Origin: an uncultured Eubacteriales bacterium
GTDB lineage: Bacteria > Acidobacteriota > Aminicenantia > Aminicenantales > Aminicenantaceae
NCBI GenBank assembly: GCA_964538085.1
Contig: CAZIDF010000005.1
Location: forward strand, 154,395 to 218,394
DNA: 64,000 nt
Direction of reading: 5' to 3'
Shown: positions 56,263 through 64,000 of the stretch, piece after piece
Position numbering within the stretch: the stretch's first letter is position 1
Layout of the letters: every line of letters begins with the position of its first letter
Notes under the pieces: model-generated
Told to the model about the DNA's origin: nothing
Databases searched by the model: none
What the model saw: only the letters and a program-made list of their open reading frames with translations
Program-made: the position numbers and the translations under genes

Positions 56263-56865
56263 ATGGAGTTTGATAGGCATAGCCGAAAGGAATCCTCCAT
56301 TTCTGTTCCATGCGTATACCATCGAAGGCCAGGAAAAGAAAACACGAAGGAAACGTTGGAGATCGCAAATCAGAGAGCGAAGGAATTGGGGATCAAAACT
56401 GTTTTGGTGGCCTCGACAGCAGGTGAGACAGGACTGCTGGCCGCCCGTATTGTTTCGAAGGCAAAGGTCGTTGTGGTTAGCCATTCAACCGGCTTTCTAA
56501 AACCCGATTCTCAACAGCTTCCGCCGGATCTGAGGGAACAGATCGAGAAAGAGGGAGCCCAAGTCCTCACCTGCCAACATGCTCTGGGAGGAGTGGGGCG
56601 CGCGGTTCGAAAAAAACTGGCCACGTATGAATTGGAAGAGATTATCGCCTATACATTGCGCATCTTCGGTGAAGGCACAAAAGTAGCGATAGAGATAGCC
56701 TTGATGGCTGCGGATGCAGGATTTGTCTCGACCTTGGAACCCTGCATTTCTGTGGGAGGGACTTCACAGGGAGCGGATACGGCGATCCTATTACAACCGG
56801 CGCACGCCCAGAATTTTTTCGACATGAAAATTCTGGAAATCTTGGCAAAACCACAACTCATTTAA
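56263..56865 (+). CDS. Stand-alone pyruvate kinase C-terminal (alpha/beta) domain-like protein
   Basis: IKTVLVASTAGETGLLAARIVSKAKVVVVSHSTGF resembles the PK_C-like stand-alone domain family. Confidence 0.45.
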   Translation: MEFDRHSRKESSISVPCVYHRRPGKENTKETLEIANQRAKELGIKTVLVASTAGETGLLAARIVSKAKVVVVSHSTGFLKPDSQQLPPDLREQIEKEGAQVLTCQHALGGVGRAVRKKLATYELEEIIAYTLRIFGEGTKVAIEIALMAADAGFVSTLEPCISVGGTSQGADTAILLQPAHAQNFFDMKILEILAKPQLI

Positions 56866-56898
56866 TAGGACTCGAAACTATCAATTAGGAGGTAGAAA

Positions 56899-57465
56899 AT
56901 GAAGAGAAAAACGATTCGATTTTTTGTGCTGATGGCTTTCTGTTTTGTTTTTGTTTCCGGGGCCGCCGCCAAAAGCGGCTTTTTTATCGGTGTTCATGGG
57001 GGCTGGTCTATGCAGAAACCCAGCCTTGACGAAGTGAAATTCGATTCGGACTCAACCTTTCTGTATGGAGCTCGTGTAGGCGTGAAATTTATGATGTTTG
57101 CCATCGAAGCCAACTTTTTCCAAGCGGCCCATAACCTTGTGGTAAAGGAGTTGGTGGGTTTTGATTGGGACGGAGTGGAAGTCGATTACAATTACTTGGG
57201 TATTAACGCGAGGGTGTATATTCCCCTCATTCTCGTGCATCCTTATTTCACGGTCGGCTATGGATCTTATTCCGCTAATCTTAAAACCATCGCCAAGGAT
57301 TCCAACATGGGGATCAATCTTGGATTAGGGGTTGAGTTGCAACTTGGAGACAAATTTTCTTTGATGGCTGAGGGAAAATATCATAACGTGAAGGTGAATA
57401 TAGAAGATGTTGAATTGAAGTTGAAGAATTACACTTTGAGCGGTGGCTTCAACATTTATTTCTAG
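56899..57465 (+). CDS. Outer-membrane beta-barrel protein (OmpA-like barrel / OmpW-like porin family)
   Basis: Signal peptide, alternating amphipathic beta-strands and a C-terminal Phe (…GGFNIYF). It is 188 aa long. Confidence 0.55.
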   Translation: MKRKTIRFFVLMAFCFVFVSGAAAKSGFFIGVHGGWSMQKPSLDEVKFDSDSTFLYGARVGVKFMMFAIEANFFQAAHNLVVKELVGFDWDGVEVDYNYLGINARVYIPLILVHPYFTVGYGSYSANLKTIAKDSNMGINLGLGVELQLGDKFSLMAEGKYHNVKVNIEDVELKLKNYTLSGGFNIYF

Positions 57466-57498
57466 AAAAGAGAGAGGGGACGTCCCCGATAAAAAAAG

Positions 57499-58224
57499 AT
57501 GAAAATCAGGCTGAATAAATACCTGGCGCTCGCGGGAGTTGCATCCAGAAGAGAAGCAGACAGGATGATTTCTGAAGGCCGTGTGAGTGTGAACGGAGAA
57601 ACGGTCGATGTGCTAGGTACCCAAATCGATGGGGAGAAGGATAGGATCGAAGTGGACGGGAAAGGTGTGAAACAACTAAAATCGGAAGTATACGTGATGC
57701 TGAACAAACCGCCTGGGTATCTAGTCACGGCCAAAGATCCGTTCCAACGCCCCACCATCATGGATCTTCTTCCCAAAATGAAAAACAGGGTTTTCCCTGT
57801 TGGGAGATTGGATTTTGACTCGGAGGGACTGGTGTTGCTCACCAGTGATGGTGAATTGGCCTATCGCTTGATGCACCCTAGCTTTCAAGTAGCGAAGGAA
57901 TACCGGGTGAGGGTCAACCCCAAACCCGATAGCTCGACACTTGCCACCTTGGAAAGAGGTATCCCGCTTGACGGGAAAAAAACGGCTCCGGCAAAATTTC
58001 GCATCCTCGCCACAACCGTGAAAGGGACTCTTCTCCTGGCCAGGCTTCATGAAGGAAAAAAGAGAGAATTGAGAAGGATGTTCGAGTACAAGGGATTCAA
58101 TGTCCTGGCCCTCAAGAGAGTTAAGCTGGGAAGTCTCCAACTGGGGCATCTTAAAAAAGGAGAGTGGCGTCATCTCTCGCGGGAAGAAATCGCTCGACTT
58201 AAAAAGAAAGTCCGGTTAGACTGA
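57499..58224 (+). CDS. Pseudouridine synthase, RsuA/RluB family, with an S4 domain
   Basis: S4 motif (RLNKYLALAGVASRREADRMISEGRVSVNG) and the catalytic Asp motif (VGRLDFDSEGLVLLTSDG). Confidence 0.8.
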   Translation: MKIRLNKYLALAGVASRREADRMISEGRVSVNGETVDVLGTQIDGEKDRIEVDGKGVKQLKSEVYVMLNKPPGYLVTAKDPFQRPTIMDLLPKMKNRVFPVGRLDFDSEGLVLLTSDGELAYRLMHPSFQVAKEYRVRVNPKPDSSTLATLERGIPLDGKKTAPAKFRILATTVKGTLLLARLHEGKKRELRRMFEYKGFNVLALKRVKLGSLQLGHLKKGEWRHLSREEIARLKKKVRLD

Positions 58225-60672
58225 GTCCTTATTTTTGTCTTTATCGGAGGGAGCTGAAAAGGTTTTCCAGCTCTTGGCCAATCGTTGCAGTTCCTGGTCC
58301 ACAAGATAATTCAGCGTATCTTTCGGGAAGGTGCCGTCTTTTTGTTTGTTTCCAGCTTCAACGCCTGTCAATATCTCGATGCCTTGGTCGATGGTTTTAA
58401 CAGGATAAATATGGAACTTTCCCTCCGAAGCGGAATCGATTATTTCCTTTCTGAGCATAAGATTTTGCACATTCTGATGGGGAATGATAACACCTTGATT
58501 CCCGGTCAATCCTTTGGCCTTGCATACTTCGTAGAAGCCCTCGATTTTTTCGTTCACCCCACCGATGGGCTGGATTTCACCCTTTTGGTTCAGGGATCCG
58601 GTTACCGCGATATCTTGCCGGAGAGGTAGTTTCGAGAGACTGGAGAGGATAGCATATACTTCCGTAGAAGAGGCACTATCTCCATCCACGCCTCCGTAGG
58701 ACTGCTCGAATGCCAGGCTTGCCGATAAGGAAAAGGGTTTGTTTTGAGCATATTTGCCTCTCAGGTAGCCTCCCAAGATCAACACACCCTTGTTATGCGT
58801 TCTTCCGCTCATGTCGGCTTCCCGCTCGATGTTAATTACCCCTGTCTTTCCAACCGCTGTCGAGGCCGTTATCCTGGTCGGTTTCCCGAAAGAATACTCT
58901 CCCATCGCGTAGACTGAAAGACCGTTCACCTGCCCTGTCTTGCTGCCTTCCGTGTCGATCATGATCGTGCCTTCTTCGATCATCTCCTGAATCTTGTCCT
59001 CGATCAGGCTAACTCTTTCAATTCGTTCCCTGATTGCCTGATCGACATGTTTTCGTTTCACCTCATCGCTGTTGTCCTTTTTTGACCAATAACATGCCTC
59101 GCGGATTACATCTTCCAGGATATGAAAACGGGTGGATATTTTTTTCTGCTTACCTGCAAGCCTTGTCCCGTATTCGATCACTGCAGCCATGCCCTCTCTA
59201 TTGTAATGATTGAGGTTGTCCTCATCGCAGATTTTTTTGATAAATCGGGCGTATTCCCCGATGGTTTTGTCATCTCTGCCCGTTTCAGAATCGAATTCCG
59301 ATTTGATTTTGAAGATTTTTTTGAAGTCTGCATCCATAAAATACAGAAGATTGTAAATGTGGGTATCTCCTATCAAAACGACCTTGACATCTATGTCGAT
59401 CGGCTCCGGTTTCAACCGGCCTGTGGTGATGAAATACATGGAGGAAAGATTCTGTATCTCCAGGGTTTGGTACTTCAGTGTGCGCTTGAGGGTTTGCCAT
59501 ACACCCAGTTCCACCAATGCATCCAGCGCATTCATCACCAAATATCCGCCGTTAGCCTTGAGGAGGGATCCCGCCTTGATATTTGTGAAATCTGACTGCC
59601 AGATTCCCGATCTGGTTACAGTGGCTTCGATGGATCCAAATATATTCAGGTAGTTGGGATTGGTTTCCATGACCACAGGTGTGCCCTTCACATCAGAATT
59701 GTCGATAAGAAGGTTCACTCTGTATTCTATGAAGGGGTCGACCATCTCTTTTTCTTTGGCCTCCTTCTGGGAAGACTTGAAAAGATCGATATTTTTTCTG
59801 AGGTTATTTTCCACATCGTCCAGGTATTCCATGATTTTTTTGGCTTCGAATTGGGAACGGATCCCGGAGATGCCTCCTGTTATGATGGGTGTTATGGATT
59901 CCGCGTCCCAGTCCTTGAGCTTTCGACGGGTTCTTTCCTCCGACTCCTTGAGTTTTGCGAGGATAGCTTCCAGCTTGCCTGTCAATTCTTCGTATTTATT
60001 CTTTTGTTCCTCCAGTTTCTCCTTCGGGTATTTTCCTTCCCTGACCAAGGTTTCCAGCTGGTTGAAAGGAGTTGGCTTCCCTTCGATCATCGGGATGAGA
60101 TCCGGCCTGACAAACATGCCCATCTGGACCTGAATGACAGAAAAACCTTCTTTGGCGACTTCCTCTTCGAATTCCTTGAGCGTCTGCTTTTGTGTTTTCT
60201 GAGAGTTCTCGACGATTTGGTCCCTTTTTTCTGTGTAATACTTGCTCTTCAACAGCTCGGGGATGTTGGATTTGAGCATCTCGATAAGATGCCCCATGCC
60301 TTCTTTGAATTGATTGCCTTGTCCTGCAGGAAGAGTGATGAGAGTCGGTTCGTCTGGATGTTTGAAATTGTTCACATACAGAATATCGTCCGGTTTCTCC
60401 TCCTCATCGCGCATTTTTTCTAGAAGTTGCTTGATGGTCGTCTTTCGTCCTGTTCCGACCATTCCGGTTACGAAGATGTTGTAACCGAGGCTGTGGATTT
60501 CCAAACCTGTTTGAATGGCTTTCAAAGCCCGCTCCTGACCGATGATCCCCTCGCAAGCTTCACAGAGCTCGCTCGAATCGAATGGGATCTTTTTCACATC
60601 GAGTGTCCATGCCAGCATATCAGGAGTGAGTTCTTCGAAATTTGTCGCTTTCTTCATCTTTATGTCCTCCAT
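58216..60672 (-). CDS. Lon-related AAA+/S16 protease (large insertion in the ATPase domain; LonC/archaeal-type-like)
   Basis: P-loop-like motif GMVGTGRKTT, which is atypical. The C-terminal S16 protease domain has the catalytic Ser (GDSASSTEVYAILSSL) and Lys (PIGGVNEKIEG). It is 818 aa long. Confidence 0.6.
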   Translation of the reverse strand: MEDIKMKKATNFEELTPDMLAWTLDVKKIPFDSSELCEACEGIIGQERALKAIQTGLEIHSLGYNIFVTGMVGTGRKTTIKQLLEKMRDEEEKPDDILYVNNFKHPDEPTLITLPAGQGNQFKEGMGHLIEMLKSNIPELLKSKYYTEKRDQIVENSQKTQKQTLKEFEEEVAKEGFSVIQVQMGMFVRPDLIPMIEGKPTPFNQLETLVREGKYPKEKLEEQKNKYEELTGKLEAILAKLKESEERTRRKLKDWDAESITPIITGGISGIRSQFEAKKIMEYLDDVENNLRKNIDLFKSSQKEAKEKEMVDPFIEYRVNLLIDNSDVKGTPVVMETNPNYLNIFGSIEATVTRSGIWQSDFTNIKAGSLLKANGGYLVMNALDALVELGVWQTLKRTLKYQTLEIQNLSSMYFITTGRLKPEPIDIDVKVVLIGDTHIYNLLYFMDADFKKIFKIKSEFDSETGRDDKTIGEYARFIKKICDEDNLNHYNREGMAAVIEYGTRLAGKQKKISTRFHILEDVIREACYWSKKDNSDEVKRKHVDQAIRERIERVSLIEDKIQEMIEEGTIMIDTEGSKTGQVNGLSVYAMGEYSFGKPTRITASTAVGKTGVINIEREADMSGRTHNKGVLILGGYLRGKYAQNKPFSLSASLAFEQSYGGVDGDSASSTEVYAILSSLSKLPLRQDIAVTGSLNQKGEIQPIGGVNEKIEGFYEVCKAKGLTGNQGVIIPHQNVQNLMLRKEIIDSASEGKFHIYPVKTIDQGIEILTGVEAGNKQKDGTFPKDTLNYLVDQELQRLAKSWKTFSAPSDKDKNKDSV

Positions 60673-61090
60673 CCAGCCCGTTTTAATCGTTCTGGATTAT
60701 TTGTAAAACTTGATTTTTAGATAATCCATAAAGCCAAAAGTGAGCAGATTCTTTTGTAGCACAATTCTCTTTTAATGTAAAATTGGAGACGTAAAATTGG
60801 AGATGTCCCGATTGAATCCCATTGGATTAAAAGCGTCATATCTGTTAAAATAGGAAAAATTTCCGAGGAAGCAAGAGTGAACAACATTCGCATCGAGAGA
60901 GTCACAACAGGAAAAGAAATGAACAAAGGTTATGAATGGTGTGAGACTTCGTGGCAACTGGAAGATAATGAGCCTGTCAATCGTTTTGTGGAATCTTTGG
61001 GTGGGAAGATCTACAAAAAATATCGTATGTTCGAGAAAAGTATAAATTGATGTTTTTTATACATGGTTCAGGTTTGGATAAGGAGGAACA

Positions 61091-61873
61091 GTGGAGTATG
61101 TGAATGTACAATTTCGAAGGGAAGCCCCTCTCGGTTGGATATTCATCAACCGCCCGGACAAACTGAATGCATTGAATGCCGAGACGATCAGAGAGTTGTA
61201 TTCTGCCTTCATGTCCTTTCGCGATGATCCTGAAATCAAGTGCGTGATCCTTACAGGATCCGGGGATAAAGCTTTTGTGGCAGGAGCGGATATCGGTGAA
61301 TTGGCCAGCTTGGATCAGGCAACAGGAAAAGATTATGTTCTTGAAGGTCAGGAACTCACCAAGTTGATAGAGAATTTCAGAAAACCGGTCATCGCGGCCA
61401 TCAATGGCTTTGCCTTAGGGGGCGGGACAGAACTTGCTTTGGCCTGTCATGTCCGGATCGCATCGGAAAATGCCAAAATGGGTCAGCCTGAGGTGAAATT
61501 GGGGTTGATACCGGGTTTTGGAGGCACCCAAAGATTGGCTCGGTTGGTGGGCAAGGGAAAAGCCATGGAACTCGTCCTTAGCGGAAAGATGATCGATGCT
61601 CAAGAATCTCTGGCTATCGGTCTGGTCAATAAAGTCGTCCTGCAGAGCGATCTGGTATCCACCGTGGAAGTCTTTGCAATGGATATGATCGCGAATGCTC
61701 CTCTGGCCCTGGAATATTCTATCCGGGCGATCAACGAGGGCTTGGACAAGAACCTGCCCGAAGGTTTGCTTCTTGAAGCAGAACTTTTCGGAAATGCATG
61801 CAGCTCAGAGGATAGCAAGGAAGGGACAAAGGCCTTCTTGGAAAAGAGAAAGGCCAATTTTCAAGGAAAGTAA
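61091..61873 (+). CDS. Enoyl-CoA hydratase/isomerase (crotonase family)
   Basis: INRPDKLNALN...AINGFALGGGTELALACHVRIAS is the classic crotonase fold with the oxyanion-hole Gly. It is 260 aa long. Confidence 0.8.
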   Translation: MEYVNVQFRREAPLGWIFINRPDKLNALNAETIRELYSAFMSFRDDPEIKCVILTGSGDKAFVAGADIGELASLDQATGKDYVLEGQELTKLIENFRKPVIAAINGFALGGGTELALACHVRIASENAKMGQPEVKLGLIPGFGGTQRLARLVGKGKAMELVLSGKMIDAQESLAIGLVNKVVLQSDLVSTVEVFAMDMIANAPLALEYSIRAINEGLDKNLPEGLLLEAELFGNACSSEDSKEGTKAFLEKRKANFQGK

Positions 61874-61885
61874 GGGAGAGATAAA

Positions 61886-62356
61886 ATGGAAACTTACCAG
61901 GGGAAATTGCAAGCGACTGGTCTAAGGATCGGTATCGTTCTCAGTCGGTTTAACCAGTTCATTTCAGAAAGACTGTTGGAAGGAGCGGTGGATGCTCTCT
62001 ATAAACTGGGAGCGGAAGAAAAGGATATCTCCATCTACAAAGTCCCCGGTTCTTTCGAAATCCCAGTTTTAGCGAAAAAGCTGGCAAAAGCCGGGAAAGT
62101 GGATGGTATCCTATGCCTGGGAGTATTGATCAGAGGGGATACCCCCCATTTCGATTTCCTCAGCGCAGAAGTCACCAAGGGATTAGCCCAGATCGCTCTG
62201 GATGAAGGGATTCCTGTCGGCTATGGAATACTGACAGTGGATACGATCGAGCAGGGGATCGAGAGAGCCGGGACAAAAGCCGGGAACAAGGGCTACGATG
62301 CTACCTTCTCCTTAGTGGAAATGTTGAATCTTCTGAAGGAATCTGGTCTTGAATAA
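61886..62356 (+). CDS. ribH: 6,7-dimethyl-8-ribityllumazine synthase
   Basis: [22 protein letters not shown]...[14 protein letters not shown] is a typical RibH. It is 156 aa long. Confidence 0.85.
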   Translation: METYQGKLQATGLRIGIVLSRFNQFISERLLEGAVDALYKLGAEEKDISIYKVPGSFEIPVLAKKLAKAGKVDGILCLGVLIRGDTPHFDFLSAEVTKGLAQIALDEGIPVGYGILTVDTIEQGIERAGTKAGNKGYDATFSLVEMLNLLKESGLE

Positions 62357-62367
62357 ACGATACCTTA

Positions 62368-62808
62368 ATGGGTAAACGACGAAAAGCCCGAGAAAGCACG
62401 CTTCAAATTCTTTTTCAGCTGGAATTCGATGACACGCCGCCGGAAAAAGTCATCGATTCCTTTTGGAAAAATAAAAAAGCCACAAAAGAGATCAAGGAAC
62501 ATAGCAGGTGGCTTGTGCAAGGGATCATGTCGCACCGTGAAAGTATCGATCGTCTCATTCAATCCGTGTCTGCAAATTGGCGGATAACCCGGATGGCCAT
62601 CGTGGACCGCAATGTCTTACGGATCGCTGTTTTCGAGCTTTTACACGGAGAAGATCTTGCTCCGGCTATCGTTATCAACGAAGCCATAGAAATCGCAAAA
62701 AAATACAGCAGCGAGGAGGGCGCAAATTTTGTAAATGGGATATTGGATGCCGTCAAAAAAGAAATCCAGAAAATGAAGAATTTGTCCGAGGAAGAAATCA
62801 ATGGCTGA
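62368..62808 (+). CDS. nusB: Transcription antitermination factor NusB
   Basis: ARESTLQILFQLEF...RMAIVDRNVLRIAVFEL matches the NusB pattern. It is 146 aa long and conventionally follows ribH. Confidence 0.8.
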   Translation: MGKRRKARESTLQILFQLEFDDTPPEKVIDSFWKNKKATKEIKEHSRWLVQGIMSHRESIDRLIQSVSANWRITRMAIVDRNVLRIAVFELLHGEDLAPAIVINEAIEIAKKYSSEEGANFVNGILDAVKKEIQKMKNLSEEEING

Positions 62809-64000
62809 AACAAAAAACGAATCCAAAAAGATCGATCAAGAGATCGTTCGCGAACAGAAAAGAGAAATGCTGACCCAGGAGGGAGTGGATCTCTTTCCAC
62901 ACAATGTTTCCCCCACCCATTCCATATCGGATGTCCTCACGGAATTTTCCGAGCTTTCTCCAGAAGAATTGGAAGAGAAAAAAATCGAGGTTTTTGTTCC
63001 AGGAAGGATCATGTCCATCCGCCGAATGGGCCGAGCCACATTTTTTCACATCGGCGACAGCAGAGGAAAGTTGCAGATTTACCTGCGAGAAGACAAGGTG
63101 AGTGAACGAGATAACAAAGTGTTCTCTTTTGTCGATATCGGGGATATCCTGGCCATCGAGGGGATCTTGTTCAAAACTAGGACGGGTGAGCTTACCCTTT
63201 TGGCCTCCTCTTTTGTGTTTTTGGCCAAATGCCTGCATCCTCTTCCGGAAAAATGGCACGGTCTGCAAGATGTGGAGCTCCGCTACAGAAGGCGCCATCT
63301 TGATTTGATCATGAATCCTGAGGAAAGCGATGTATTCAGGCTCAGGAGTTCGATCATAGCTCACATCAGGAAATTCTTCGATGAAAAGGGCTATATCGAA
63401 GTCGAAACTCCCATGATGCAAGCGATCCCTGGAGGAGCTTTGGCGCGGCCGTTCAAAACGTTCCATAATGCTCTAGGGATGGACTTATATTTGCGTATCG
63501 CACCAGAGTTGTACCTCAAAAGGCTTATCGTGGGTGGATTGGAGCGAGTCTATGAGATCAATCGAAATTTCCGGAATGAGGGAATTTCATCGGAACACAA
63601 TCCGGAATTTACGATGTTGGAATGGTACCAAGCCTACAGCGACTATAATGAAATGATGGACATGACAGAAGAATTGATCTGCTCACTCGGGGAGAATCTG
63701 TTGGGAACGGATGAGATCCCCTTCGGGGAGCACAAGATTTCATTGAAGAGACCCTGGAAGAGAATAAAATTTATGCAAGCTTTGCGTGAGTACAGCGGCC
63801 TGGCACCGAACAAGTTCGATGACGAAGCCGGGATTATGGAATTGGCATCGACCCTCGCTCCGGATAGCCAATATCTTTCCCTGGGGAAAGCGCTGGATAT
63901 CATATTTGACAAAAACGTGAAGCACCAGCTTATCCAGCCGACTTTTATCACCAACCCGCCAAAGGAAGTCTCCCCGTTGGCCAAGGCAGACAAGGAATTT
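62801..64000 (+). CDS. lysS: Lysyl-tRNA synthetase, class II (3' end lies outside the window)
   Basis: The ATG at 62801 overlaps the nusB stop by 8 nt. An OB-fold anticodon-binding domain precedes class II motifs (FRNEGISSEHNPEFTMLEWYQAY). The ORF is open to the window end and was missing from the six-frame track because it has no stop codon. Confidence 0.85.
   Translation, partial: MAETKNESKKIDQEIVREQKREMLTQEGVDLFPHNVSPTHSISDVLTEFSELSPEELEEKKIEVFVPGRIMSIRRMGRATFFHIGDSRGKLQIYLREDKVSERDNKVFSFVDIGDILAIEGILFKTRTGELTLLASSFVFLAKCLHPLPEKWHGLQDVELRYRRRHLDLIMNPEESDVFRLRSSIIAHIRKFFDEKGYIEVETPMMQAIPGGALARPFKTFHNALGMDLYLRIAPELYLKRLIVGGLERVYEINRNFRNEGISSEHNPEFTMLEWYQAYSDYNEMMDMTEELICSLGENLLGTDEIPFGEHKISLKRPWKRIKFMQALREYSGLAPNKFDDEAGIMELASTLAPDSQYLSLGKALDIIFDKNVKHQLIQPTFITNPPKEVSPLAKADKEF

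Noticed and set aside
58216-60672. Lon-like protease as the BrxL component of a BREX defence system
   Set aside because: No PglZ, PglX methyltransferase, BrxA, BrxB or BrxC genes are in the neighbourhood. The flanking genes are rluB and crotonase/ribH/nusB housekeeping genes.
1-64000. CRISPR arrays, transposases, IS elements, restriction-modification or toxin-antitoxin loci
   Set aside because: No regularly spaced direct repeats, terminal inverted repeats with transposase ORFs, or DNA methyltransferase/restriction motifs were seen on either strand. The only methyltransferase (12715-13827) has the RNA m5U catalytic-Cys signature.

Overview
This 64 kb window reads as chromosomal DNA from an uncultured anaerobic bacterium, roughly 45% GC. 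Several proteins have Lys/Glu-rich tails, and one secreted protein resembles the Acidobacteria-type VWA-related family, so a placement near Acidobacteria/Aminicenantes is possible but unproven. Most of the window is housekeeping and central metabolism. The best-supported calls are a 5'-truncated M16 peptidase, a multi-PAS histidine kinase, a K+ channel, RmuC, RpoZ, polyprenyl synthase, TatD, FabH, EF-P, galactokinase-like GHMP kinase, alanine dehydrogenase, a CoA-transferase, AlaX, RluB, RibH, NusB and a 3'-truncated LysRS. There is one tRNA-Lys(CUU) with a near-consensus promoter. The largest coherent module is a translationally coupled five-gene operon at 41790-49023: NuoE-like, NuoF-like, a NuoG-like subunit with no catalytic Cys/Sec, then NfnA-like and NfnB/GltD-like. 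This looks like a Bfu-type, probably electron-bifurcating, NAD(P)H:ferredoxin oxidoreductase rather than a formate dehydrogenase or hydrogenase. The most accessory-looking stretch lies between tRNA-Lys (16.1 kb) and rpoZ (22.5 kb). It holds a VWA-related secreted protein, a lone 4-OT tautomerase and a REC-REC protein. It also holds a three-gene operon of a GspG-like pseudopilin-domain protein with a degenerate prepilin N-terminus, a double-DUF350 (YjfL-like) membrane protein and a membrane-anchored protein with a conserved Cys/His pair. Beside that operon sits a FlhG/MinD-like ATPase followed by a degenerate J-domain protein (HPD replaced by QTD). Other notable items are a BlaI/BlaR1-like pair whose M56 protease carries a His-rich, Lys/Glu-rich C-terminal domain instead of a penicillin-binding sensor, and a divergent kbl + SDR-type 'epimerase' pair that may be a threonine-degradation module. 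There is also a secreted 7-bladed propeller protein next to an S55-like Ser-protease-motif protein, and an RNase HIII-like enzyme lacking the usual N-terminal domain. A convergent intergenic region carries a 15-bp inverted repeat, a nested hairpin and a strong G-quadruplex motif. I found no CRISPR array, integrase, transposase or recognisable defence system. The 'novel system' candidates are neighbourhood-based inferences and need homology and structure searches.
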